From a virus, in IMG/VR virus record IMGVR_UViG_3300048929_000258, positions 1 to 63,992 of that record: DNA of 63,992 nucleotides. One strand, given 5' to 3'. The notes under the pieces are model-generated. The model was given only the letters and a program-made list of their open reading frames with translations. It was not told the DNA's origin and ran no database searches. The translations under genes were made by a program, and so were the position numbers. Shown piece by piece: positions 32,066 through 41,013 of this stretch. How positions within the stretch are numbered: the first letter of the stretch is position 1; every line of letters begins with the position of its first letter.

Positions 32066-33004
32066 CTACTCCTTGGAATGCTGGATGGCTGCGCTGTAAT
32101 GCCCATTGGTGATGAGACGCTTGATGACAGCGATGTCGCTCGCAACATCATCTAGCAAGATGTTCCGCCAAGTCGCGAATCGTCCCAATGAATAGATGTG
32201 ATGCTTTACGGTGGCATTGTAGATGAGTTGCCGGCGTTCGCGGTCGCTTTCCATCGGCGCAATTTTGCCGAAGCGTTGGCGATGAGACAGGTCCAACAAT
32301 TCAACGTCATCGTGTCGAACGCCAAAACTACGCAGCACTTGATCAAAGCAAGCATCAGTGCCGACAACTTCCCCCTGTTCATCGCAAACCATTTCCATGA
32401 TGAGTAGATCGCCAGTCACACTGGCGCGATAGACACCCATCTCCGGTCGCGGATAATACACCGTCTGATAGATGTCAGCCCCCTTGATACGGAATCGATC
32501 AACGCGGATCGACTTGAAGCTGAATGGAGCGCTTGCCTGCCAGTCCAACATCTTGAGAAGTGTCGGCATGGGGATGGTAGAGATGAAGGCGTGCTGGCGA
32601 TCTTCGTCGCGTATCTCCTCAGGCTGGATTGCAGCATTCCAATGAATGCGATTGCCTACCAACTCCACCAGTTGACTCCAGATCGTTTCAGGCGCGATGA
32701 AGCGTTCAACCGGATTGATGTTCCAGATACTGCGATCCATGTACTGGCCGTTGGTCTTGCGAGAGTACATGTTCGACAGATCAACACTCGGCTGGCAATG
32801 CTGACCGTTGAACCAGATCGATTTGCGCACCATCACTTGGCGAAATGGAATGCCAATGAGACGGCTGATAGTGTCGGAGCGAAAGCGCAACAATGCGCGA
32901 TGCGAAATGCTTTCAGGCCCGTTCGCTTCGTAAACCTGAGCCTGCGGAAACTGAGTGGCCGCTATTAAGCCACTCAGCCCAGCGCCGATGATATCGACGT
33001 TCAC
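32066..33004 (-). CDS. FAD/NAD(P)-binding Rossmann-fold oxidoreductase (UDP-galactopyranose-mutase / amine-oxidase-like)
   Basis: 312 aa with a GTG start in a GTGA overlap. The N-terminus is VDIIGAGLSGLIAA (GxGxxG). The C-terminal YSLGRFATWRNILLDDV resembles the GRxxxYxYxxMDxV end of UGM-like flavoenzymes. Specific function is unresolved. Confidence 0.5.
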   Translation of the reverse strand: MNVDIIGAGLSGLIAATQFPQAQVYEANGPESISHRALLRFRSDTISRLIGIPFRQVMVRKSIWFNGQHCQPSVDLSNMYSRKTNGQYMDRSIWNINPVERFIAPETIWSQLVELVGNRIHWNAAIQPEEIRDEDRQHAFISTIPMPTLLKMLDWQASAPFSFKSIRVDRFRIKGADIYQTVYYPRPEMGVYRASVTGDLLIMEMVCDEQGEVVGTDACFDQVLRSFGVRHDDVELLDLSHRQRFGKIAPMESDRERRQLIYNATVKHHIYSLGRFATWRNILLDDVASDIAVIKRLITNGHYSAAIQHSKE

Positions 33005-33588
33005 TTAGCTTCCTTCGTCTTCAGCATACCGAACTTGACAAGATAGTCAAGCGATGCCTTGACGTTGATGGCTTCGTTGTCGACAAAGTTGTTCTCGATA
33101 GACTCGCGGTCGATACCGTTCGCACCCTTCGTTTCCACGAAGCGATACACGATGGTGCGGGCTGAGCCTTCGTTCATGCGGTTGGTATGCTTCTGCGCGA
33201 CGTACAACAGATTGGTACGGGGAGCGCCGCGCGGCGGGATCGTCCGGGTGTTACCAGCCTTCTTCGCCACCTTCTCGGGCTTGGCAGGCTTCTCAGACTT
33301 CGTTTCGGTTGCCTTCTTACCACGTCCGGTCGCTGCAGCGGCTGGCGCGGCTTCTGCCTTACCCTTCGCCTTCCCAGCCTTCGCGGGAGCTGCCTTAGCG
33401 GCCCCATTGGCCTTCTTCGGACCGCCCGGCAGATCGCCTTCCCACTGTCCTGCTTCTTGCAGAAGTATCGCTGTCCGCTTTTCCGCTTCAGTTCGGTCGG
33501 AGAACCGCTTGATGGAGCGCTCAGCCATGGTGTTGTAGATGTCGCGGATTTCGGCGGACGATTTGCCGCGCAATTCTTCGATATTCAT
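33001..33588 (-). CDS. Histone-H1-like (Ala/Lys/Pro-rich) putative DNA-binding protein
   Basis: 195 aa from ATG 33586-33588 after GAAGGAAG (frame open to 33780). The central part is KKANGAAKAAPAKAGKAKGKAEAAPAAAATGRGKKATETKSEKPAKPEKVAKKAG. The C-terminal region looks folded (winged-helix-like). Confidence 0.5.
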   Translation of the reverse strand: MNIEELRGKSSAEIRDIYNTMAERSIKRFSDRTEAEKRTAILLQEAGQWEGDLPGGPKKANGAAKAAPAKAGKAKGKAEAAPAAAATGRGKKATETKSEKPAKPEKVAKKAGNTRTIPPRGAPRTNLLYVAQKHTNRMNEGSARTIVYRFVETKGANGIDRESIENNFVDNEAINVKASLDYLVKFGMLKTKEAK

Positions 33589-33703
33589 CTCAGGGTCTTC
33601 CTTCTCGTTGTGCCACAGAATGATGGCTGCTATTTGGAAACCGGTCTGATTGGCTTTCAGTGCCCCTGTCAGACCACCATGCTGCCGGATGGCCGGCGGT
33701 GAT

Positions 33704-34096
33704 TTAGGAGGCGCGTCCATGTGCCAGATTGTCATTGCGCACAATCTGAACCAAGCAACGCGATCCCTTCCGCGTCGCATCCTTCAACGGAATCAACACC
33801 CGCGTATAGCCGTCGCGCCAAGGCTGAGGCGACATGGCCTGCCAAGGGAACGGATAGCACAACACATTGCCCTTTTTGATATACAGCTCGCGCGGTCGCG
33901 GATGATGCGCGGCTTCTTGCGCCTTGGCTTCGCGCTCGATGGCGCCTTGAATTTTGTCGCGCAGAGACTTCTGGCGACGACGCTTCGCATTGCGCGCAGC
34001 TCGCTTGCCTTCATGCTTTGGTTCCAGCACTTCGATCTGCGCATCAACAGCAGCCTGCGCGGCGACGACGTTCTCAGAGACTTTCTTGCGTGCCAT
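33704..34096 (-). CDS. Hypothetical basic protein
   Basis: 130 aa with RBS AAGGAGAAG. The N-terminal half is K/R-rich. Confidence 0.55.
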   Translation of the reverse strand: MARKKVSENVVAAQAAVDAQIEVLEPKHEGKRAARNAKRRRQKSLRDKIQGAIEREAKAQEAAHHPRPRELYIKKGNVLCYPFPWQAMSPQPWRDGYTRVLIPLKDATRKGSRCLVQIVRNDNLAHGRAS

Positions 34097-34135
34097 GATC
34101 CACTTCTCCTTGGTACGATTGATGGGCGAGGAAAG

Positions 34136-34167
34136 AGGCGCGGAGCGTTGCCCGTAGCTCCGCGCCT
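34136..34167 (-). terminator. Intra-operon hairpin / partial terminator
   Basis: 11-bp GC-rich stem AGGCGCGGAGC-n10-GCTCCGCGCCT. On the transcript it is followed by CTCTTTCCT, directly after the DUF932 gene stop. Confidence 0.5.
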
Positions 34168-34177
34168 TTGGAACAGT

Positions 34178-34972
34178 TTACTTGGAGGCGAGTTCTTCCG
34201 CCATCTCCCACAAACCGCGATTGAAGTGGAGGAGGTTGTTCACCGACTTGATGGCACGAACCTGAACCGCACGTCCGGTAGCGCTATGACCTTCCGCACC
34301 ACCCTTGGTGAGTGCTTCTTGGATCACATTGAAGGTCCGCCACAGCGTGAACGCTTCATCCTCATTGCGATGCGGCACAAGGATATCCGCTGCGGTGACC
34401 GGAATGGGCATCGATCCGTAGCGAAGCGCCAGGGCCTTGTTGGCAAAGCGCGTCCGCGCTGCAGCAATCATCTTGATCTTGTCCCATTCCTTCGTGACGC
34501 GGATAATCTCGGGGAGCTGCTTGGAGATATCGTCAGCTGCCGCGCGAACCGCCTCCAGCATCTCATCACCCTTGTGGTTGAGAGTGATGGAACCGTGATC
34601 TTGTGACTTGACGACAAGACCGTTCGAACAGGCGAGCCGGAACAAACCCGCATCGAGACGGAAGCTGGATGTGCCATCGTGCGAGTTGATGAGGATGATC
34701 TCAGGGATCACGTCGCCAACCTTCTTGCCTTCATCAAGGAACGCTTTCTGGCGCAGACGCACCATATGGCGCATGTACGGCGAGCGATCCTCGCGACCCT
34801 TGCGCACTGCGCTTTGGTTCGCGGATACCGGTACATAGTCTGCCTTGCGCAGACGATTGATGATGTCGATAGTCGGAACGTGCGCATAGCGCTGCGAACG
34901 GGAGTTATGGGCTTCAGCTGAGAACACTGAAGGCGCTGCCGCCAGCAACATCGCATCACTCATGGCTTTCAT
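34178..34972 (-). CDS. DUF932-family protein
   Basis: 264 aa. HVPTIDIINRL, ILINSHDGTSSFRLDAGLFRLACSNGLVV and RFANKAL follow the DUF932 pattern known from plasmids, ICEs and phages. Confidence 0.7.
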   Translation of the reverse strand: MKAMSDAMLLAAAPSVFSAEAHNSRSQRYAHVPTIDIINRLRKADYVPVSANQSAVRKGREDRSPYMRHMVRLRQKAFLDEGKKVGDVIPEIILINSHDGTSSFRLDAGLFRLACSNGLVVKSQDHGSITLNHKGDEMLEAVRAAADDISKQLPEIIRVTKEWDKIKMIAAARTRFANKALALRYGSMPIPVTAADILVPHRNEDEAFTLWRTFNVIQEALTKGGAEGHSATGRAVQVRAIKSVNNLLHFNRGLWEMAEELASK

Positions 34973-34995
34973 AACATTCTCCTTTATGGTCTGGA

Positions 34996-35712
34996 TTATT
35001 TACCATCCCAACCCAAAAGGGAAGGGGTAGCGGACCCACTGTTTGATGAAGCATCCTCTCCCACAGGGCGGTGGATGCTAAAGGAAGCAGCTGCGCGCTT
35101 CCCGGCTTGGGTACTGCGGCTATCTAACTTAGGCTCGCTGATCTTAGCATTGGGAATTTCATCCTTGCCATAGAACCTATCGCGTGCCGCTTGCACCTTC
35201 TGCTTTTGTTCATCGGTGAGGCCGAATGCCACCACCTTATCTTCCACACCAGCAAGCCAACCGATCCAAAAGCTAGCACGGTCGCTCGCGTTGAAACCTA
35301 GAATGTCAGATGCGCGGTATTGATTCCAAGCCTTGCGCATCTCGCGGAACATCACCTCATGCGCATACTTAGCGAAAGCCGATGAGGCTCCCATTCCGAA
35401 GTAACGCACCCCTTGATTGCCGCCTGCGAATTCGAACGTAGCAGAGCAGCCAAACGCCCGGCAGCACAGCGCAGCGATACAAGACAGATACAGAGGCTGC
35501 GTGTGAACTTTGTAAGGCTCAGGCGTGATCACCAACTCAGTGTTGATGACAAGACCTTCAATTTCATCTTCCGTGATAGAGTGCTGTTCCATCATTTTCT
35601 GCGCCTGACGGATCGCGGCAGCGGCTTCGTGCGGCTCGCTCGACTTGCTCAGCGCGAATAGCTTGCGCAGCTTATCTAGCATCTTCTTGCGGGCTTGTTC
35701 TTCGCGTTCCAT
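34996..35712 (-). CDS. DUF2786-domain protein
   Basis: 238 aa. KLRKLFALSKSSEPHEAAAAIRQAQKMMEQHSITEDEI is the DUF2786 N-terminal signature. Confidence 0.65.
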   Translation of the reverse strand: MEREEQARKKMLDKLRKLFALSKSSEPHEAAAAIRQAQKMMEQHSITEDEIEGLVINTELVITPEPYKVHTQPLYLSCIAALCCRAFGCSATFEFAGGNQGVRYFGMGASSAFAKYAHEVMFREMRKAWNQYRASDILGFNASDRASFWIGWLAGVEDKVVAFGLTDEQKQKVQAARDRFYGKDEIPNAKISEPKLDSRSTQAGKRAAASFSIHRPVGEDASSNSGSATPSLLGWDGK

Positions 35713-35713
35713 C

Positions 35714-35914
35714 TTAGCCTCCGACCTGTACCAGCCAGTCCACCGCTTTCGGATTGTCCATCAGCAACTTGACGCCTCGCTTGAACTCGCTCAGTGCAGC
35801 GGGGATTCCGGTGCCCCATCCCATTTCCTCGCGGATCATCTTGAGGGTTTGGCCGATGGTGTAGCGCTGCTCCATGCAAAGCTCAAGCAGCGCGATGAGG
35901 TCTTGATCAGCCAT
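35714..35914 (-). CDS. Hypothetical protein
   Basis: 66 aa from ATG 35912-35914 (frame open to 36040). 8-nt overlap with the upstream gene. Confidence 0.45.
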   Translation of the reverse strand: MADQDLIALLELCMEQRYTIGQTLKMIREEMGWGTGIPAALSEFKRGVKLLMDNPKAVDWLVQVGG

Positions 35915-36095
35915 CGACCAACTCCCAGCAACCAGCAGCGCGGAAGCCGAGCTGGAACGTTTCCCAAGCGCGCTGCGTGTGGAGCGAGAAGTAACTGTCA
36001 TCGTCTTTGCGCACCAGATTATACAGGCGCTGCTTCTCATTGATGACGCGCTCGAACACGAGACGCAAATTGCTTGCGAGCATTTTCTTGCTCAT
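35907..36095 (-). CDS. Hypothetical protein
   Basis: 62 aa with an ATGA overlap to the upstream gene. Confidence 0.5.
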   Translation of the reverse strand: MSKKMLASNLRLVFERVINEKQRLYNLVRKDDDSYFSLHTQRAWETFQLGFRAAGCWELVDG

Positions 36096-36490
36096 GCTAC
36101 ATACTCCCGACTGTTCAGTTCAGCGAGCAGCGCGCGAAATTCCGAATCACTGCGCGCGGCAGTGGCGAGCTTCTCAGCCATCTGCTGGCGATAATAGCGG
36201 CGGTTCTCGTCTGCCGCGCGTTGGCGATAGAACGCTTGACCTTGCTCAGCGCGTTCTATTGTCTCCAGATGAGCACCGAAGTAACTGCCCTTGTCGCCGA
36301 TTCGCTGCCCGCTGAGAATGCTGAATGATTCGTCATTCGCGGTCGGTGCGCCTTCTACCATTACCACCGTCCGAACTGTAACGCGCGTCTTGCTGACGCG
36401 GACGACTTCGCCGAACTTGTAGCGGTTTGGACGATGTCCGTGACCGGAATAGGAAACTGCAATCTTCTGGCCGATTGTGTAGTTGCTCAT
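36092..36490 (-). CDS. Hypothetical protein
   Basis: 132 aa ORF, second gene of the first early operon. Confidence 0.55.
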   Translation of the reverse strand: MSNYTIGQKIAVSYSGHGHRPNRYKFGEVVRVSKTRVTVRTVVMVEGAPTANDESFSILSGQRIGDKGSYFGAHLETIERAEQGQAFYRQRAADENRRYYRQQMAEKLATAARSDSEFRALLAELNSREYVA

Positions 36491-36500
36491 AGTGTTCCCC

Positions 36501-36740
36501 TTAGACCGGGAAGCCGAGCGCTTCGACGCACTCGCTCATGGAGAGAGATTCGCAGAACGTTTGGAAGCGCGTTTCTGCGCTGCCTGCGAAGAACTTGAAT
36601 TTAGTATCGGAGATGTAACCGCCTTGAAGGCCAGCGCGAGTTACCTTAGCGATCTGTATGCCATCTTCCAAGAGAAACGCGCTGGCCTTACCGAAGCGGC
36701 GAGCGCTCTGGGAGATGATCTGGATCGAATAATTTGCCAT
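36501..36740 (-). CDS. Hypothetical early protein (first gene of the first early operon)
   Basis: 79 aa. ATG preceded by AAGGAGAAAGCG inside the duplicated leader. Confidence 0.6.
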   Translation of the reverse strand: MANYSIQIISQSARRFGKASAFLLEDGIQIAKVTRAGLQGGYISDTKFKFFAGSAETRFQTFCESLSMSECVEALGFPV

Positions 36741-36866
36741 CGCGCTTTCTCCTTTATCCGGTATGGGCCTTTCCCCTCACCGTGAAGCTAGTATCCTCCA
36801 TTTCTCGTTCGTGAGACACGAAAGTTGAGAATTATTCACCAGACAGATGGTCTAGGCCATATGGTC
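36741..36866 (-). promoter_or_regulatory. Early promoter/leader element, copy B
   Basis: 126 bp paralogous to 22619-22742. The identical 21-bp core lies at 36829-36849. The same hairpin-plus-RBS architecture precedes the ATG. Confidence 0.65.
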
Positions 36867-36961
36867 GATGTAAGCTATCGTCTGCCGGGCGAGCTATTAT
36901 GATGTCGCGGCCCGCGATCCGCTAGGCGAGAATCGCTCCATAACTGATACGGAGACAACCA

Positions 36962-38560
36962 GTGCGCTTTAAGACCAAGCCAATGAAGCATCAGCTTCAG
37001 GCGCTCAACGCAATGCGTGGTAAGCGCGCGTTCGCGCTGCTGATGGAGCAAGGAACTGGCAAGACCAAAGTGGAGATTGATGACATTGCTGATTGGTGGT
37101 CGCAAGGCGAGATTGAAGGCGTGTTTGTGTTCGCACCGAACGGCGTACACATCAAGTGGGTAACACTGGAACTTCCCAAGCACATGCCTGACTGGGTTCA
37201 CTATCGCGCTTCTTGGTACAGTTCCGGCTCAACCAAGCGTCACAAGGCCACCGTTGAAGCGTTGTTCGATCCAACACCAGAATCGGCTCCGCGTGAACTG
37301 CGCATTCTCGCGATGAACTACGATGCGTTGAACACCGCTGATGGTGTTGAGCTATTCGAACGCTTCAGCAAGACCTTTGCTTGCCTTGCGATCATCGATG
37401 AATCGCAGCGTATCAAAAACCCTGGCGCCAAGCGTACAGACCGATTGCTTAAGGCTCGTCGTCGCTTCGTCGTGAAGCGCATTCTCTCTGGCACTCCTGT
37501 CACGCGCGCACCGTTCGATGTGTTCACGCAATTCCAGTTCTTGGATGAAACGATCTTGCGCACTTCCAGCTACACTGCTTTCAAAAGCGAGTATGCGGAG
37601 ATGCTGCCTGAAGATCACTGGCTTGTGAAACAGATTCGCAAGACATCGCCCAACTTCCAAAAGAAAGATGGGTCGCTATCGAAACGCATTCCACAGCTCA
37701 TTGCGACCGATCCTGTTACCAAGCAGCCCATCTATCGAAACTTGGACAAGCTCAATCGGCTGATCGCGCCCCATTCGTTCCGCGTGCTCAAGCGTCAATG
37801 TCTCGATCTGCCGGCGAAGATTTATGACACTCTACCTTTCGAGATGACTGCGCGGCAGCAAACGATGTACGACACGATGAACAAGCAGCTGCGTGCGCAG
37901 ATTGGCGACTTGATGCGACAGATTGTGTTGTCGGGTCGTCGAGTTGGGCTCAATGAAGAACAAGCGCTGAACGAAGGGCGTGAGCTGATTGTGCAGAATA
38001 AACTCGCTGCAATGGCAAAGCTCCAGCAGATTACTTGCGGCTATACGAAGCTGGAAGACAAATCTGTGCTGCGCATCTTCAAGAAGGTGATGGACAACCC
38101 GCGCAATCAGGTGCTGATGGAATCAGTCGAAGACGCATCAGATGGCGGCATCATCATTTGGGCGCCGCACCGTGACAAGATTGATCAAATCATGGAATGC
38201 CTGCGTGAAGGCTATGAGGCTGATCAAATCGTTCGCTTCGATGGCGCTGTGGGTAAGGATGAACGCATGAGGGGCGTCGATCTCTTCAGCGATGGCAAAG
38301 CCAAGTTCTTTGTTGGCAACCCGAAAGCTGGCGGCACCGGCTTGACGCTCAATTGGGGAAAGACGACGTATTATTACAGTGACAGTTTCAACTTGGAGGA
38401 TCGCCTCCAGTCAGAAGACAGGAATCATCGTATCGGTCAGGATGACTCTGTTCGTTACTACGATCTGTGCGCGGTTGGCACGATTGATGAAACGATTGCC
38501 CAGTCCCATCAGGCCAAAATCGCAATTGCGAATGCTATCACTGGAGACGACAAACTATGA
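36962..38560 (+). CDS. SNF2-family helicase / ATPase
   Basis: 532 aa with a GTG start after GGAG. MEQGTGKT (motif I), AIIDESQRIKN (DExx box), GTGLTLNWGKTTYYYS and QSEDRNHRIGQ (motif VI). Confidence 0.85.
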   Translation: MRFKTKPMKHQLQALNAMRGKRAFALLMEQGTGKTKVEIDDIADWWSQGEIEGVFVFAPNGVHIKWVTLELPKHMPDWVHYRASWYSSGSTKRHKATVEALFDPTPESAPRELRILAMNYDALNTADGVELFERFSKTFACLAIIDESQRIKNPGAKRTDRLLKARRRFVVKRILSGTPVTRAPFDVFTQFQFLDETILRTSSYTAFKSEYAEMLPEDHWLVKQIRKTSPNFQKKDGSLSKRIPQLIATDPVTKQPIYRNLDKLNRLIAPHSFRVLKRQCLDLPAKIYDTLPFEMTARQQTMYDTMNKQLRAQIGDLMRQIVLSGRRVGLNEEQALNEGRELIVQNKLAAMAKLQQITCGYTKLEDKSVLRIFKKVMDNPRNQVLMESVEDASDGGIIIWAPHRDKIDQIMECLREGYEADQIVRFDGAVGKDERMRGVDLFSDGKAKFFVGNPKAGGTGLTLNWGKTTYYYSDSFNLEDRLQSEDRNHRIGQDDSVRYYDLCAVGTIDETIAQSHQAKIAIANAITGDDKL

Positions 38561-38916
38561 GCGCACAAGCGCCGCGCGTTATCGTGACGCAGGTTCCTTC
38601 TATCCGCGATCCCGCAACCGGAGTGTGGAAGCCTACCATCAACCTCAACCCAGCCAAGGAGTTTGGAGAAATCGAAGTGCTGCTGCCACCCGGCATGCAG
38701 ATGTATGCAGGTACGGAAGTTGTACGCATCATTCGCGCTCGCCTCGCTGAGATCGATGTACATCCGGGCGATTACCTTTTGCTAGCAGGATCGCCCACCA
38801 TCATGGGTGTCGCGGCAGCCATCATCTCTCGCCGCAACAATGATCAGCTGAAACTGCTTCAATGGGATAAGACCACCACCAGCTACAACGTCATTGACGC
38901 TGAGCATCTGAACTAA
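38557..38916 (+). CDS. Hypothetical protein
   Basis: 119 aa with an ATGA overlap on the SNF2 gene. Confidence 0.55.
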   Translation: MSAQAPRVIVTQVPSIRDPATGVWKPTINLNPAKEFGEIEVLLPPGMQMYAGTEVVRIIRARLAEIDVHPGDYLLLAGSPTIMGVAAAIISRRNNDQLKLLQWDKTTTSYNVIDAEHLN

Positions 38917-38935
38917 CCATACAGGAGAATTTGTA

Positions 38936-39337
38936 ATGACGACTCCCGCCGCTGCCGCGCATTACCTCGCAGCCCATCTTCACGAAGTCGAAGGGCGCAA
39001 GGTTGTTATCTTCAATCCGTCGAACAGGCCATTGTACGAACTGCCTGTGATCTTTGGCTTCAACAATGGCGGTTCGGATCACTGGTATGAGGCTGTCGCT
39101 ATCGCGCAAGATGGCGTTGTGCTTGCTGGCCACGTTTGCTCCGATGAAGGCTACATGCCCAGCGATCTTGGCATCATTGAAGGTGGCTGCGACCCGAAGC
39201 ACGAGCAGTATCGTGAGCACTATGCGGACGGCTATCGCATGGAATGGGTCTCCACTGAAGCGATGGAGCAACACGAAGGTTTGAACGCAGCAATTGCTGC
39301 CAACAAGTTGACCAAGGAACAGAACAATGGAAACTGA
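38936..39337 (+). CDS. Hypothetical protein
   Basis: 133 aa with RBS AGGAG. Confidence 0.55.
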   Translation: MTTPAAAAHYLAAHLHEVEGRKVVIFNPSNRPLYELPVIFGFNNGGSDHWYEAVAIAQDGVVLAGHVCSDEGYMPSDLGIIEGGCDPKHEQYREHYADGYRMEWVSTEAMEQHEGLNAAIAANKLTKEQNNGN

Positions 39338-39890
39338 AGCGCGCATCTCGCTGGAAGCCGTCAAGGATGCCTACAACATCTATTCAGATTGGACCGACAA
39401 GACAGCGATGTATCCGAAGATTCATGAAGCGCATTATCTTGCACTAGGCATCGCTGAAGAAACAGGCGAGTTGCTCAATGCGAAGAACATTGGCGCTCCG
39501 CACGACATCATGGCTGAGGCTGGTGATGTGTTTTGGTACGGTGCGCGCTATTCCCGACTGGTGCTGAACATTCCGTTCTCGGATGTGATGGCTGCCGCGC
39601 GCAATGCGCAGTTTGGCTCCATCATTCGTCCGCGTTACTTGCTGACTGCGATGGGTCAGCTTTGCGGTGTCGAGAAGAAACGTTTGCGCGATGGGGAGAA
39701 TTGGAACGCAGCAAAGCGCTCCGCCAAGCACGAAGATGCGCGTGTAGCGCTGCTCACCATTCTTGCCTATGCTCAGCGTTCCGTTGTCGAATGCGGAATG
39801 ACGGTGATGGAATGCATCGTGCGCAACCAGCAGAAACTTGAAGCGCGGAAAGCCGCTGACACGATCAAAGGAGACGGAGACCACCGCTAA
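39327..39890 (+). CDS. MazG-like nucleoside triphosphate pyrophosphohydrolase
   Basis: 187 aa. LALGIAEETGELLNA ... MAEAGDVFWYGARY is the EExGE...E..D MazG metal-binding pattern. Confidence 0.7.
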   Translation: METEARISLEAVKDAYNIYSDWTDKTAMYPKIHEAHYLALGIAEETGELLNAKNIGAPHDIMAEAGDVFWYGARYSRLVLNIPFSDVMAAARNAQFGSIIRPRYLLTAMGQLCGVEKKRLRDGENWNAAKRSAKHEDARVALLTILAYAQRSVVECGMTVMECIVRNQQKLEARKAADTIKGDGDHR

Positions 39891-40522
39891 TGCCCAGAGC
39901 TGCGAAAGTCACGCAAGTCCAGAAAGTAACCAAGCGCATTGGAAAGGAGGCACCCAAGACCGAGAAGATCACCAACCGTGGCATGCGGCAAATCTCCAAG
40001 CTTGCTCAGCTTCAGCATTCCATCCAAGTCACCATTGCGACGATGGAAGATGAAATTGCTGTGGAGAAAGAGAAGCTGCGCCGGATTCGTGAAGAGGATT
40101 TGCCGACCGCGATGCTTGAAGTTGGGATCGACAAGTTTACGACCGATGATGGGCTGTTGGTGGAATCGAAATATGAAGTGGTCGCCAACATCACGCAAGC
40201 CAATCAAGAAGCTTGTTATGAATGGTTGACGAAAAACGGCTTCGCCGGCATCATCAAGATGATTGTAGATGTACAATTTGAGCGCGGCGAAATCGACAAG
40301 GCCAGAAAGTTGGCTGAGATGCTGATGAAGAAGAAAGTCAACGTTGCAGTGAAAGAATCGATCCACGCTGCTACGTTAAAGTCTTTTGTCAAGGAACGCA
40401 TGCAGGAGGAAAACCCAAAGGTGCCATTCCCGACCGATCTGTTTGGCGCTCGCGGCTATCAAGCAGCAACAGTGAAGCCACCCAAGGCGCATCAAGCGCC
40501 AAAACCCAAGAGGAAGAAATGA
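39890..40522 (+). CDS. Hypothetical coiled-coil protein
   Basis: 210 aa with a TAATG junction. Basic N-terminus and C-terminus, with a central coiled-coil. Confidence 0.5.
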   Translation: MPRAAKVTQVQKVTKRIGKEAPKTEKITNRGMRQISKLAQLQHSIQVTIATMEDEIAVEKEKLRRIREEDLPTAMLEVGIDKFTTDDGLLVESKYEVVANITQANQEACYEWLTKNGFAGIIKMIVDVQFERGEIDKARKLAEMLMKKKVNVAVKESIHAATLKSFVKERMQEENPKVPFPTDLFGARGYQAATVKPPKAHQAPKPKRKK

Positions 40523-40989
40523 TGAGCCTGAAAGATGAAGAACAGAAAGTGGAGAATGCGCTGCAGTCCTTTCGTGACAAAGCGGTGCATGAATTCCAGA
40601 AGCTGAAGGAGCTGGTGCTCAGCCATATTCGCTTGGGCAACCAAGCCGATCCGATTGCTCAGCATATCGACAACGCGCTGGACTCGATCCTCACGCACGA
40701 CGCCACCCAGCCGTTTGTCGCTCCGGGTACTGCGGAAGCCGAGCCGACGAAGGCGGGTAACGCGGTCGGCGCGATGAGCAACGCTCCGGTCGAGCCAGTC
40801 GAGGCCGCGCCGCCTGCAGCCGCTCCGGTGGCCTCGGGAAACGGTACCAGCAACGATTCGACTTCGGACCTGAGCAATCAGGATGGGCAGCTGCCCCCGA
40901 AGGATGGTGAAACGCTTCCGAAGACCGGCGACGAAACGCCCCCGAAGGAAGGCGAGTCCAACCCCGGTAACACCGGCAACCAGCAGTAA
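40519..40989 (+). CDS. Hypothetical protein with a Pro/Ala/Gly-rich tail
   Basis: 156 aa with an ATGA overlap. Confidence 0.5.
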   Translation: MMSLKDEEQKVENALQSFRDKAVHEFQKLKELVLSHIRLGNQADPIAQHIDNALDSILTHDATQPFVAPGTAEAEPTKAGNAVGAMSNAPVEPVEAAPPAAAPVASGNGTSNDSTSDLSNQDGQLPPKDGETLPKTGDETPPKEGESNPGNTGNQQ

Positions 40990-41013
40990 TTCATCATACA
41001 GCGAGAACTGATC

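Noticed and set aside
33650-34606. 318-aa ORF on the plus strand
   Set aside because: It is antisense to the DUF932 gene and the basic-protein gene in the minus-strand early operon. The Arg-rich translation has no start context.
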